Shown one piece after another: positions 12,342 through 25,962 of a DNA stretch of 64,000 bases (its first letter is position 1; every line of letters begins with the position of its first letter). The notes beneath the pieces are model-generated. The model was not told the origin of the DNA and did not search any database. It worked only from the letters and a program-made list of their open reading frames with translations. The stretch is from the NCBI RefSeq assembly GCF_964355755.1, contig NC_092680.1, positions 3,100,001-3,164,000 of the forward strand. The letters are read 5' to 3'. A program made the position numbers and the translations under genes. Origin of the DNA: Antedon mediterranea (taxonomy: Eukaryota; Animalia; Echinodermata).

Positions 12342-12383
12342 CAGGGAAGAGTTAAATTACAATTGTAATTTAACTCTTCCCTG
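12342..12383. mobile_element. 42 bp perfect palindrome with 8 bp TSD (one mismatch); hAT- or P-like micro-element or footprint
   Basis: GTAAACAT|CAGGGAAGAGTTAAATTACAATTGTAATTTAACTCTTCCCTG|GTAAACCT. Confidence 0.7.
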
Positions 12384-12894
12384 GTAAACCTAAAATGCTG
12401 TAAACATTTCTATTTTGCCATGTAGGCCTATAACAGTCGAGCATTTCTTAATATAAAACCTTTTGAAAAGTTATATTGATTGCATAAATTGTCATGTTAT
12501 TTTGTTTCTTATTGTTAATTATACATTTGTTTACATGTTTAATTAGTGTTCATCTCAATGTGAATCAAATAACCATTTCCTATAGCTTACTACTCTACTT
12601 ACTGTAACAAAGAGAACGTTTTTTACTTTTTTGTGAATGTGATAATACAATTCAGAATATTTTTCGTAGTTTATTAATTTGCAATAACCCCCTCTATAGA
12701 AAGAAAACTGTTTTTATGCAATTAAGTCATGTTTTTTAAATTTTCTCATCAAATCTTCATAAAACAAGTCATGAATTAAAAATAACAGGCATTTAAGATA
12801 TTATTTTTCAACTACAGTATTTATTATTGAATTTTTATTGAAAAATAATCTGACCTGAGAACATAATATAGATGATAAATTAATAATAATGAAT

Positions 12895-13045
12895 ATAAGC
12901 CGGCCCGGGGGGGGGGGGGGAGAATCGCTCATCCTGATCAGCTGCGCGCACGTCACACACCACGCACACACACCCACTCCCGCGATGTCCCCTCTGCTGA
13001 CAGTCTGTAGCATGCATCAGGACGTCTCCGGCGTACTCTGCTGGT
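12895..13045 (+). promoter_or_regulatory. GC-rich promoter / 5' region of the C8orf89-like gene
   Basis: Local CpG cluster, poly-G run, GCGCGCACGTCAC (CRE/ATF-like half site) and TCCCGCG about 100-250 bp upstream of ATG 13146. Confidence 0.5.
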
Positions 13046-13145
13046 AGGCTATATGCTATGTATTAAAAACCAGTATGGTTTCATGTTGTTTTTGTGCATA
13101 AGCCTAGTTAATAATATTATTATTCGAAATTAATATTATTCGGGA

Positions 13146-13458
13146 ATGCAAGGAGATCGATGGATGGAGGATTCTACAAATGAGAGATTTGTAAAAGAGT
13201 CTAGAAATTTCCACTCTCATTCTCAAGAACGTTGGTTTTCTCGGCAACCATCACCACCTCCCAACAGCGGCCCGGTTACGATGCCGACAGTGGTCACTCT
13301 CACTGTTCAGCCTCTTGAACCTGCTCCTGAGGCGGAAAATTCAAAACGTGTGCGTGACAGGCCTACTAGACAAATGCCTATGGGCTTTGGCTTAGGAACA
13401 CCGTCCTCAACTTATACTAAAAGACGAAAGAAGTTATTAAAACTTCCTGATGAAAAAA
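13146..13458 (+). CDS. C8orf89-like gene, N-terminal module A exon 1. Full model join(13146-13458,13743-13845,25778-25962,27173-27268,29479-29757,30309-30457), 374 aa
   Basis: Open frame MQGDRWMEDS...LPDEK, donor A|GTACGG (phase 1); all six exons join in one frame with GT-AG boundaries. Confidence 0.7.
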
Positions 13459-13742
13459 GTACGGGTTCAAATTAAATTTAAATAAAAAAAATATTCTAGC
13501 CTCTAGGCCTAGGCCTAGGCTAGCTAGACAGAGATATAGATAGGCCTAGCCTATCAATTATACTATAGAGGGCTCTTTAGGCCCTAGGCCTAGGCCTAGC
13601 CTATATAGCTAGCCTACTACTAAACAAGCTACAAGTCCAGCCTAGCTAGTATACAGTACTATCCTAGACCCTACCTACCTTGCTAAGTTTAATTGAGCAC
13701 TTTTTAAGGCTTGGCCTACACTTGTTATTTTCTTTTTTGCAG

Positions 13743-13845
13743 GACCAGTATCGACGCAAGATAAATCTCGCTGCAAAACACCATCCCAACCTCTGCAGAA
13801 TGATTTAGATTGGACATATTTTTTGGACAAGCATCTCCCATTCAG
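13743..13845 (+). CDS. C8orf89-like gene, module A exon 2
   Basis: Acceptor TTTTTTGCAG; reads (R)PVSTQDKSRCKTPSQPLQNDLDWTYFLDKHLPF; donor AG|GTACAA (phase 2). Confidence 0.72.
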
Positions 13846-14621
13846 GTACAACATTTTACAAACATTTGTGGAATAGGAATATTTCATAGGCCACCAGTAG
13901 TGGAAGGGGGAGCATCTTCTATGACGTCGTCCATCCCAACCACCATAATCTGGAATTTGTATTTATTTTACCATTAGTTATTAATTATCACCATTGCGTT
14001 ATGTAGGCTTATTTCTGTCATTTATACTCTTCCTCGAGTCCCCCATTTCTGGATCCATGTCTTGGTTTTTCAACTCGCTTATTTATAAATACATACTAGC
14101 TTGCATGTATTTTCAAATACATTTAAACAATGCTGGGTGAAAAACCACACCAGAGAAAAAGCAGATGATATAATAGTGATATCTTTAATTGGATTGTTTT
14201 AAAGAGTCTTTTACTAACAAACTGAACAATGGTTCTTTGAAAACTGAGGGGTAAAAAAAAAACCATGCACTTAAATATACAATAAAAAAAGTATAAAGCT
14301 GAGCATGATAAAACCCATTCATCCATGACATCTAGACCCACAGTGTACATTTAATTTATTTCTATTAGTATGGGTATTAGTATTATAAACCTGGAACAGA
14401 AGTTTGTATTTAGTGTTGTATGTAAGTATATTGCACTGTTCTGTTTTAAAATTGATAATTGAAAATGATTAATTAAAACTATACCTATTATTATTATTAC
14501 AGTTTAATTGTTAAAACAATGTTAAAATTTCAGTTTTCTAGCAAATGGTTCAATGGATTTCATGCTTATAGTGAGTTAAATTTATTGCATCCAGGTCAAA
14601 CTACTTTTATATTGTGAGACA

Positions 14622-14635
14622 GTATCCATAGTAAC
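14622..14635. promoter_or_regulatory. RFX X-box-like motif
   Basis: GTATCCATAGTAAC fits the X-box pattern GTNNCC-AT-RGNAAC; upstream of donor AAG|GTTAGT (14888) and an acceptor ending 15275. Confidence 0.45.
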
Positions 14636-15451
14636 CACATAGTTGATACCTTTAACATACCTAATTCAGTCAGAGACTAAACAGAGAAGTCACTGTTATT
14701 GCAACATACAGTAGTTTTAGGCTTGAAAAATATTATTTGTTTAGAGGAGTGTTGGGAGTCATTTGGTGTTCAGTGTTTTAAAGCCTATTATATTTGTTGA
14801 GAACTTGAAAAGCATTATAAATTGCTTTGTTCTTTTTGAAAGGCGGTGTTTCTGTACACATTGTTTTATAACATGCTTAATTAAAAGGTTAGTGTGTATC
14901 ATTTAATATGTAATTGAGTGTCAGATCCATGCATTCATGTGTGGAATAATGGTGGTGTTTAACATTAAAAAGTAACACATCTAGAAAAGAATTACAGTAA
15001 TCTAAATTATGAGAGCTGTGATATGCATACATTTTATATTATGTCCATGAGAGAATTCAATTGTTGTGAGTGAGTTTATGCCTAATGGATGTAACTCTAA
15101 AATCTCATTTTAATATGAAGCAGATTGCTTTTTTATGAGAGTGATTGTCTTCTTCTCTCTCTAGTAAAGATTCAGCATTTTAATTATCAAAGTTCAATGA
15201 CATTTTGACTTCCAAGTATACAGACACCTAATATAAAGAGCTGCTAATGTATTGTATTGATTATTTTTCTATCAGTTCTGCTTGATTACTCGAGACTCCT
15301 GGCAAAATATTTTCCAACACATTGAATCCATCATCGCCTGTTGTATATTTACCTGTGTACCTTTGACATTATCATGTACTCAGTGTAACTTGATGTTCTA
15401 CTTGGCAAAAATGTTACGTTGTCATTTGTGAATGGACCGAGGACCAGCATC

Positions 15452-15630
15452 ATGGCAGCTGTTGCACCCCCAGAAGAACTGTCCTGCTGCATTGGCATGT
15501 TTATGCCTAAAAAGAGAATTGTCTTGAAGAAGAATTCCTCCTCAAACGTTCCACAAGTGAAGCCGATTCTTAAGCCTGTCAGAGTTGTTCCTTTACGGTA
15601 TTCTAAGTCGTCTGTGTGGAATGCATTGCA
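15452..15630 (+). CDS. C8orf89-like gene, candidate alternative N-terminal exon B
   Basis: ATG in good context (ATCATGG); MAAVAPPEELSCCIGMFMPKKRIV...SVWNAL; strong donor CA|GTAAGT in phase 2. Confidence 0.55.
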
Positions 15631-18580
15631 GTAAGTAACGTTGATGTGATCTTGTTGCATTTGGACATCATTGTTCTATGCTAGGATATAAGCTAATATT
15701 CAATTCAACTTATGTTGTAATGTTTAATAAATATTACACTCACGTACATGGACGCCTTACACTGTTCACAATAACCTTACTAGAATTACAAACTTTAACT
15801 TATCACTTTTTTTTGGACAGAATATTAATAATTAATTAATAGGTTAGAACGAAACACACAAATGGTCAAATTGCGCCTTCGGGCCCTTGGCACTCCCACC
15901 GAAGTATTACTAACACTCCTTTTTTTCAGAATTCTGGATCCTTGCCTGGTGGTATCCCTCAAAAAGTAATAATAAATAACAGAACACTGAACATTATTTG
16001 CCAACAAACATTATTTTATATGGGTGTGGTCTTTTTCCACAAGGTAAAACATTATCATGAGCTGTAGGATAGTATAGGCTGTTTCTTTTGCTACTGTTCT
16101 TATTTTGAAAGGAGTACTTTCTGGCTTGTTTGGATGCCTATCTTTTACTTTTCAATCTGCCTACATGTTGTATGAGTATACAATAAATTAATTATCAGTA
16201 AATAGCAATGCACCTGGAGCCAAAGAATATGAAGTAAGAATTATTAAAACATCCTGAAGGCAACTTTGTTTATGACATTAAACTTTGCTAATTTCAACAA
16301 CTGTACTTGGCATGCTGCAGGACATTATTAAGTCAAGTATACTGTACTACACCAGGTCACTGACCCACGAATGTGACTACTGTAAAATTAAAACTCTTTA
16401 GTTTTATTTCTTGATTATCGTACACAATGTATATGTGCTTTAACAAAAATCCAGTACCATACATCTGTCCAGATGGGTACTTGAGGTTGTTACCCTAATT
16501 ATAACTAAAACAATACAAAAATAAAATCTGAAAAAAAAACATTTTTGTCCTTAGAGCCTTTTCCCGCATTCCAAAATCACTATGGATTACAATTACTACA
16601 GTAAGGTTTTGCAATATCAACTGACAGTAAATGCAATTTTATGCTCTTGACAAATTAGTAAATACTTTTAATCGCTAATAAAATGTAAAAATTATTTTTT
16701 TAATTTAAAATAATATCAAAATTTGTACCTGTGCATACAAATAAAAAAAAAATTGAAATGCATAACAAATTATGTTTTTTTTTTAAATTTTAATAATTTG
16801 CAAGGTTGAGTGGAGTAATGCTAAGCTTCACACTCCTTGGATCTCCCGAGTGTTTTGGACGCGATAAAACATTTAATAACCATTCACTTTTCAGCTAAGT
16901 GTTGAATTTCTCGCATGGCATTGAACTCATAGCAATTAATTTAATCTGGGTCTGTTTGACCCCATGTCTGTTACTATTCATCTTGCCCTGAGGGAATATC
17001 GCCCCCAATTTGTTGTTTGGATCGAACCTTTTCAGATACACAGGCAATAATTCAATCATGGAAATCTTCTTCTTCCTTCTTTCATTTAGGAACAAACTTC
17101 ATAGTTGAAGGCCACTGCTCCACCATAGTCAATAGACCACTGGTTATAGCTGTTGCAATGCAACTTTTTTGGGGTTTTTGTTTGCATACAGTAAGTTGTG
17201 CATATAAAATGTACAATCCCTAATGTTCCTACTTTTTCTTCATGATTTTGTTGATCAAGAAACATTTTCAATTAGGCTGGGAGGAGAAACGTTTTCGCTC
17301 CTGAAATGCTGCTGGCACCAAACTTTTTAAGGAATGATTAAGGATTGGAGAGTCATTACAGACTTAGACTTATTTGCGGACCTCCTCAGACCTTTTTCCT
17401 AATTTTTTTTGGTAAATCCACCCTTCACAAGAATTCAAATGTTTTTAAATTTTAAAATGTAATATGTATTGTTATTAATTACACTACAGCAAAACATTGT
17501 CTAGCGCTAGCAATTCTTTCGACTGTCACTTCTATTCAGTATAATACAAAAAATGTAAAGTTTAAAACAAAAATGTTTAATATCAATAATTTGTGAATAG
17601 AACAATACATTATGATCATGTTCTAGTCTTACTTCTAATAAATATTTACTTATTTTAGAAGGTTAAATTATCCTTAAAAGAATAATCAACAAACCACACC
17701 CAAAGTTCATTGACAATGCTGTTCACTGGTGCAAAAGTAGTAAGATATTAATTAAATTAATATCACCGCATTGTCAACAATGCATTATAAAACTGCTCAT
17801 CGTTGTTCATCTTTCGTGTAATCAGAATAAAATAAGCAGGTGGAGTTTAGAGACTTAGTGGAGACTCTGCAGTCATGCATTTGTTATCCATTCATTATTA
17901 CATCACAAGTGTTTGTATTTTCACTTTGTGTTATTTATTGATTTGTTAAAATAATAAAATGTTTATGAATTTTGGTGAATATCACACGCTATACAGAAAG
18001 AAAGGGAAAAACAGCTAAAAAGTCATGAAGAAAAACTATTCAGTATTTATTGATAACTTCAGTACAGTGTTTAACATAAATACAAGTATTTAAGTAATTA
18101 TATGTTTTACGATGTATTGTACAGTACAACTACTAGGTTTTATTGATAATATTTATTGCTGCCAATTTCCTAAGCTGACTTTAGATAAGAATGTAGGTCA
18201 TTATGGTCACATGATATGTCTTTTGAATAATGAATACAATTAACTATGATGTTGATTAACACCTGCGTTTAAAAAAAATATTTTTTAATGTTTCTTAACA
18301 AAAACTTAAAAACATAATGTGTGTCTTGTCAGGCACTGGATAGTCGCAATATTTTTGTTTTGTGAAAAATGTTATAGGTAATATCTAAAATTCATTAGTA
18401 GTAGTACCCGTCCATTGTCATACAAAAAGTATCTTATCCTTGCATTTTGCATTAATTAAAATCTGTCAAAATTATAGGCCTACTACTACTGTATTTTAAC
18501 ATGTGATAATAATGAGTGACAATTATGGTACACCGTCAAAAATATATTGCTTAGGCCTATGTTGCATTGGACTAAATAAA

Positions 18581-18747
18581 AGCTCTGTCTACACGTACAC
18601 TATCAAACTTTATTTTGTGACACAAAAATGTGATGTGCCCATCGGCATACAGTATATGGATATAATGATGTCATATCACCACCATATTTGGGCATATCAC
18701 TGCCAAATTTGGGCACATCAAACTAGTTTGATAGTGTAGATAGTGCT
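18581..18747. mobile_element. Abundant ~130-170 bp MITE, PIF/Harbinger-like; most complete copy
   Basis: Family termini AGCTCTGTCTACAC(TATCAAAC)...GTTTGATAGTGTAGACAGAGCT with TAA/TTA-like flanks and internal ATATCACTACCATATTTGGGC subrepeats; other copies ~21366-21464, 26516-26657, 27780-27907, 37986-38111, 58973-59119. Confidence 0.85.
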
Positions 18748-19205
18748 TAACAGATATAAAAATAGTATATTCAACATATATTAATTATTATAAAACAGAT
18801 TCCTATATAAATACACTATCCCTTTAACATTTCAATCTAATATGAATACAGAAATATCTATGGTAATTGGTATTACAATGATGATTATTTAAAATAAATT
18901 AGATATTTTCACTTTCTATTAAATAACAATTGTTTTAATGTATAGAAAGTGAATTTTACTCAAATGGAGACAATTTGATTTATAAAGAAGCCGTGTCCAA
19001 GAATAAATAACATTCTTACTTATTAATTATTGTATACTGTATAAATATTTAATTAAAACTGTTAATGTTGCTTAATCTTAAAAGAAGTTTCAATTTAATA
19101 CAAATGCTGATTAGACTACCAACGGTATAGTAAATATAATTTCACTGTAAAAGGAAATTAAGTTTTGAAAGCATCTTGCGTGCAGGTGGAATTATCTATT
19201 TAAAA

Positions 19206-21272
19206 GGTTTAATTGTATGTGTTTGTTTTATGTTGGTCATTAAGGTTTAATTGTATGTGTTTGTTTTATGTTGGTCACTAGGTGTAATTGTATGTGTTTG
19301 TTTTATGTTGGTCACTAGGTTTAATTGTATGTGTTTGTTTTATGTTGGTCACTAGGTTTAATTGTATGTGTTTGTTTTATGTTGGTCACTAGGTTTAATT
19401 GTATGTGTTTGTTTTATGTTGGTCACTAGGTTTAATTGTATGTGTTTGTTTTATGTTGGTCACTAGGTGTAATTGTATGTGTTTGTTTTATGTTGGTCAC
19501 TAGGTGTAATTGTATGTGTTTGTTTTATGTTGGTCACTAGGTTTAATTGTATGTGTTTGTTTTATGTTGGTCACTAGGTGTAATTGTATGTGTTTGTTTT
19601 ATGTTGGTCACTAGGTTTAATTGTATGTGTTTGTTTTATGTTGGTCACTAGGTTTAATTGTATGTGTTTGTTTTATGTTGGTCACTAGGTTTAATTGTAT
19701 GTGTTTGTTTTATGTTGGTCACTAGGTTTAATTGTATATGTTGGTTTTAAGTTGGTCACTAGGTTTAATTGTATGTGTTTGTTTTATGTTGGTCACTAGG
19801 TTTAATTGTATGTGTTGGTTTTAAGTTGGTCACTAGGTTTAATTGTATGTGTTTGTTTTATGTTGGTCACTAGGTTTAATTGTATGTGTTTGTTTTATGT
19901 TGGTCACTAGGTTTAATTGTATGTGTTTGTTTTATGTTGGTCACTAGGTTTAATTGTATGTGTTTGTTTTATGTTGGTCACTAGGTTTAATTGTATGTGT
20001 TTGTTTTATGTTGGTCACTAGGTGTAATTGTATGTGTTTGTTTTATGTTGGTCATTAAGGTTTAATTGTATGTGTTTGTTTTAAGTTGGTCACTAGGTGT
20101 AATTGTATGTGTTTGTTTTATGTTGGTCACTAGGTGTAATTGTATGTGTTTGTTTTATGTTGGTCACTAGGTGTAATTGTATGTGTTTGTTTTATGTTGG
20201 TCACTAGGTTTAATTGTATGTGTTTGTTTTATGTTGGTCACTAGGTGTAATTGTATGTGTTTGTTTTATGTTGGTCACTAGGTTTAATTGTATGTGTTTG
20301 TTTTATGTTGGTCATTAAGGTTTAATTGTATGTGTTTGTTTTATGTTGGTCACTAGGTGTAATTGTATGTGTTTGTTTTATGTTGGTCACTAGGTGTAAT
20401 TGTATGTGTTTTATGTTGGTCACTAGGTGTAATTGTATGTGTTTGTTTTATGTTGGTCATTAAGGTGTAATTGTATGTGTTTGTTTTATGTTGGTCACTA
20501 GGTGTAATTGTATGTGTTTGTTTTATGTTGGTCACTAGGTGTAATTGTATGTGTTTTATGTTGGTCACTAGGTGTAATTGTATGTGTTTGTTTTATGTTG
20601 GTCACTAGGTTTAATTGTATGTGTTTGTTTTATGTTGGTCACTAGGTGTAATTGTATGTGTTTGTTTTATGTTGGTCACTAGGTGTAATTGTATGTGTTT
20701 GTTTTATGTTGGTCACTAGGTGTAATTGTATGTGTTTGTTTTATGTTGGTCACTAGGTGTAATTGTATGTGTTTGTTTTATGTTGGTCACTAGGTGTAAT
20801 TGTATGTGTTTGTTTTATGTTGGTCACTAGGTGTAATTGTATGTGTTTGTTTTATGTTGGTCACTAGGTTTAATTGTATGTGTTTGTTTTATGTTGGTCA
20901 CTAGGTTTAATTGTATGTGTTTGTTTTATGTTGGTCACTAGGTTTAATTGTATGTGTTTGTTTTATGTTGGTCACTAGGTTTAATTGTATGTGTTTGTTT
21001 TATGTTGGTCACTAGGTTTAATTGTATGTGTTTGTTTTATGTTGGTCACTAGGTTTAATTGTATGTGTTTGTTTTATGTTGGTCATTAAGGTGTAATTGT
21101 ATGTGTTTGTTTTATGTTGGTCACTAGGTTTAATTGTATGTGTTTGTTTTATGTTGGTCATTAAGGTGTAATTGTATGTGTTTGTTTTATGTTGGTCACT
21201 AGGTTTAACTGTATGTGTTTGTTTTATGTTGGTCATTAAGGTTTAATTGTATGTGTTTGTTTATGTTGGTTA
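19206..21272. repeat. 37 bp minisatellite, about 55 copies, intronic
   Basis: Unit AGGT(T/G)TAATTGTATGTGTTTGTTTTATGTTGGTCACT with few variants. Confidence 0.98.
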
Positions 21273-21922
21273 TTAATTAAAACTGATTCCATACAAAAGC
21301 ATTCATATTTTCTCAAATTATTTAAAAGAGAAACATATCTTATGACCATACGCACAGACCTAATTTCTACACTATCAAAAAAATGTGATTTGCCCATACA
21401 ATATATGGAATGGACATGATAATGTCATATCACTACCATAGTGTGATGATAGTGTAGATGAGCTTTACATGGAGTACTCATGATTTTCTATAAAACATTT
21501 TACCATAACTTTTAGGTGGTAGACCTGGAATTATTACAGAATAAATACTAATGTACACTGTAGTTTATATTCTTTCATAACTGTTCATAATTCAAATGTA
21601 GGCCCACTACACTATGTATGACGTTAATACCGGTAGTATAGATATTAGACAGTATAATAATTGATATCCTTATCTGATTCGGTGACAGATTTGACAACAT
21701 TTGCTTAGCTTATCTTCACCATGTATTTGACGTGTGCATCATCAACAATGGAATAGTCCTTCAATCACGTACAGAAGGTCAAAAATAATAAAATGATAAT
21801 ATTAGAAAATACCAGATGTTGTCAAACAGAGGAATTCGTTCGTGTTGGAAGTACTGTTTGTGAATAGTAGTAGATAATAAGTCCAAAGAAGCAATGTGTA
21901 GTTGTATGAGAATCATCTGATT

Positions 21923-22101
21923 ATGGAGAGTTGCATGGTTGTGGTTAGGCCTCCCAGGTTGAATGCCCCTCCCACTCAGACTACTACCGTAAGAAGCTTA
22001 AGCGCCTCTTCTAGGGAGACTTTGTGGTATCCGACAAAAGTGAACATTGGGCTGCAAATTCATCGACCCTTGGGTCGACTACGGGATTCTACTTCTGACT
22101 G
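21923..22101 (+). CDS. C8orf89-like gene, candidate alternative N-terminal exon C
   Basis: GC-richer island; ATTATGG start; MESCMVVVRPPRLNAPP...RLRDSTSD; donor TG|GTAGGA in phase 2. Confidence 0.5.
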
Positions 22102-24119
22102 GTAGGATTGGTTTTTCGTTGTAATTCATATACTTTTTTTTTAAATAAACGTGAAATAATTGGTCAATACAGATGATCATGTCTCGGAAAACTAGACGCA
22201 TTTGCACTTTAACCAACATTATTGTCTACAGTATATACTGTTTTTTAGGCAACGCATTTTTAAACACACAAAGAAATTACTATCAGTAGGCCTACACTTT
22301 TTGCTTAAAGTATACTGCTGTAGTGTATGGTGTCTATAAGTGTAGGCACTTTCTCTTGTCTACAGTAGCTAAAAAAGTAAAAGTCTTGTCCTGTTCTGTT
22401 TATGTCAGTATTTGAAATGAATGACAACATTTTATTTTGAAAAACTTGTCACAATACCGCATCCCATTTTGTAATGAGTTACTGTGTGGCTTTATAGTAC
22501 TATTTCAATTTAGGTTTTATGGCCTTTCCAGCTTTGATAGGTAAGTGATAATTAATATCATCAACCCGCACCATCTTGTCAGTCTAATAAATAATATATT
22601 TGTCTAGAAATAGTTGTCGCATTTTAGTACTGTAGATTTACCATGTTTAACAACTGATTCAAGAATGTTTTTTTTTCTTGCTATTTAAATTCATTATTTT
22701 CTCCCTGCCTCATTTTAATGATGTAGAGTTTAGTAGTAGTGTAGTACACAATCAGTAATCCGCATTAAACTTACAGTTTTACTTATAATGTATGATATTT
22801 TCATTTTTAAACATTATTTAGTTATTTATTTTACTCCTATATAAAACATAGTTTCATTCAATATTTTCATATTTTGTATCAACCCATCTGTATTATAATG
22901 ATTGTACCTTAAATAATAAATGGTTATTCAAAAGGTTGTTTCTGAGTAGTTTACATTTGACATTTTTCATAATTCATGACTAAATATTAAAGATGTTAAT
23001 TGTGTTTTGATAACCATTTAGCAAGACCTATACTGTGCTGCCTCAACCAAAAAGCATTTTATGACAAATGATGTTATTTAAATGTACAGTGGCACAGTAG
23101 ATATGCTATCAATAACTTTGTTCTTCTTAAGGTTATCCATTGTTAATGTATCCCCATGCAAAGTGTGATTTAAAAAACAATGATACCTTCTACTGTCCAA
23201 TTCCATGCTCAAGTTGTGATTTAATGATTTCCAACCACAGACTAAAGGTGTTCAGGAAATTGCAGAGAATCTAGCCTAGCTCACTGTTTCAGAGTCTGTA
23301 TTTAAGTGAAGGATTAGAATAGTCTGTGTACTGTATACTGCTTTTCAGGGTTATTTTCCATAGATTATATTTATATTTTCTGCTGCTAATGTTAACCTGG
23401 TACTCTTATGCGAAGTGACATTTGCAGCTGACCGGATGACAGTCCATTATTATACTATGGATTATACATTATTCAATATGTGATTAGGAGATAGGTTTAA
23501 CCGAAAGCTGCTTGCATGCGTCACAAATGCCGATATGGGATTATTTTTGTCGTACAATTACGTCATCATTGTGATGGCATTTGAAATGCCAAGTCTACCA
23601 TTAATACTGTAGTACAATATTATATTTCACAGCATTACTACACATGATATACACAAGTACTCATACATTCATGCTTGACAGTTCATAGTCGAATGGTTAC
23701 TTTGAGATTTAATGAAGAAAAATGTCTGAAGAAACCAGTTTTGAGTGTCTGATACATTCTTACATGAAAACAGCCTTTGTTGGAAGATTTATATGGATGT
23801 CAGATATAACTTTTCAAGTTATTAAAATGTGTTTTAATCATTTGCGTAGGCTGTGATTTGGAATATAATTGAGTAGAATTGTATGATATAAGAGTACATA
23901 TGATTTTCTGCTAGTAACTGAGTCTTCAATTGTTGCAACTTTCTATTGCCTTGCATACACAATAAATGTTCAGTATTGTGATTTGAGCACAGAGGATTTT
24001 CTTTTAGAGTTTGTCAAAAACCTGCATCAATTTATTTACTTTTGCTGGAGAATCCAAATTGACAATGTTAATAATCGTGTGATTTCTTACGTGGACAGAA
24101 ATATTATAAATGTGTGGAT

Positions 24120-24202
24120 ATGATTGGCTATCGTAGAAGAAAAAATGTTTATCAACGATTACTAAATAGATTGCGAGACGATCGTTATCTATTCAGACAA
24201 CG
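24120..24202 (+). CDS. C8orf89-like gene, candidate alternative N-terminal exon D
   Basis: MIGYRRRKNVYQRLLNRLRDDRYLFRQ; donor CG|GTAAAA in phase 2 followed by a T-rich intron; possible acceptor ending 24098. Confidence 0.45.
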
Positions 24203-25777
24203 GTAAAATTCTTTTTTTCTTTTTTTTTTAATATTTTTTTTTTATTCTTTTTTTTTAAAATTAATTAGGTGTTTATATCACATTCTCTATTCTAAAGTAT
24301 TAATACAGTAAACATTTGCAAAATTGTTATTTCTTCGACTGCCCGATAATGTCTGATTTTCAAAAAATTAAATAGTATTTTAAGATCCATTAGAATCTTT
24401 ACACAAAATCTGGTTTCTACATCAACTGTATAGGCCTATAGCTGAGTACATTAGTTATTTACAGTTTACACAAATGTAAATTATTGGAGTTTACACATAT
24501 TACCCAATAAGATAGTTCAATAATATATTACAGTAAGTATTGTATTAATTTTGTCAGCATTGATTACTAAATAGATACTGTAGGTCTAATAATGAAACTC
24601 TCATCAACATTCTAAAGAGTTTGAACTCAACTGAGTGTTGCCTTATCACCATGGAGCTTGTAAACAATTAGATTGGACTGTTCCATTATAGAGTAACATT
24701 ATAAACCAATTTCCTGTTTGTTCATTGTACAAATGATGTTCATTTACTCTCAGATAATTATTATATTACTGTATAAATAAAGGTTATTTAATATGTCAAA
24801 TTGTATTTACTTTAACTTTACATTGCATTTTGGGATGATCATTTAATATGCTCAATATTGTAAAAATAAAATGAAACATTCCAAGAGATTGAATTTTTAG
24901 TGATGTATTGATCAACAATGGTAATTAATTCATGATAAGTATTGTACTTAAGCAAAGACTAAGGGGAAAGTTGAAAGATTTATTCTTTATTTTACTTAGG
25001 TGTTATAATGTATTATAAGTCATCTGGTTGATTGTGAGACATGTTAGTTAGTTAAGCCTAGCTGCTAGGCTAGACGTGACACCGACAGTTTTGCCCTAAT
25101 TCAGAGGCAATTATGGCCTTCCAATCCAGGTAGCTCTGCCTAGGATAGGTTTAAGAAATATATGCCTACAGGAGAACAGTTAGTATGACAGCAGGCATGG
25201 ATGAGAACAGAGATAGCCTAGCCTAGCCAGGGTAGAAATCAATAAATACTGTAGTACCAGCTGTGAAGAACAACTAACTGCTCAGCATTCATACACTATT
25301 ATGCTCCTGACACTACCTTGATATTATTAATCAGGTCTGGAAACGGAAAGTTATAATAGTGTGGAGTATGAGTCGACAGCATCTTCCATTTTTAAATCGT
25401 AGATGGTATATAAATGAATTTACATTTGATGGGCATTCAGACAGACACTCGGACAAAAAATGGTACAGTATGTTCTGATCCAGCCTCAAATGTTGATCAT
25501 CAACCAACAATTATCAGTGACTTTTTGGTTCATGGCACCAAACCATTATTATAAATCTTCCCTATTCCGTAAGTGCCCCTTTTGAAGCTACAGACCAGCA
25601 TGAACAATTTTTTCCCTCCTCGCCCTACCACCCTGTAAAAATCCAAGATACAGCCTTGTGAATGACATGTTTATTGAAGCCAAAAATTGGACTAGATTGT
25701 TATACTATTTCTATTTATTATTATTATTATTTATTATTATTGATTAAATAAAGGATTTGTTTGTTTTTTTCTTTTAG

Positions 25778-25962
25778 CTCTGCTAACTCTCCGTATGGAC
25801 ATCAAGAGCTACCGACCACATCACCCCTTACAAACAGTTCACAGTTAGACACTGTTCGGTCTATTAGCGATGACCTTCACAACCTTGAACGTAAACTTGA
25901 GAAAGAACGTGATCGACGCACAAACACGGACTCACTTGGTGTGGCCAAATTTGAAACAAAAG
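25778..25962 (+). CDS. C8orf89-like gene, first common exon (coiled-coil-like segment)
   Basis: Acceptor TTTTTCTTTTAG; SANSPYGHQELPTT...DDLHNLERKLEKERDRRTNTDSLGVAKFETK; donor AG|GTAAGT (phase 1). Confidence 0.85.

Noticed and set aside
16208-16233. Mini ORF MHLEPKNM ending AA|GTAAGA in phase 2
   Set aside because: Frame-compatible but too short to distinguish from chance
16895-17271. Coding-looking minus-strand ORFs in the intron
   Set aside because: No recognisable domain or consistent splice structure
17659-17740. Exon-like segment with acceptor and GTAAG donor
   Set aside because: Stops in all three frames near its start; its only ATG gives phase 0, incompatible with the common exon. 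Could be non-coding
19206-21272. CRISPR-like appearance of the 37 bp array and its ORFs
   Set aside because: Units are head-to-tail with no unique spacers, there are no cas genes and the context is eukaryotic
25460-25568. ATG-initiated ORF ending at CC|GTAAGT
   Set aside because: Phase 1, out of frame with exon 25778, so not counted as a variable module (same for 22519-22540)
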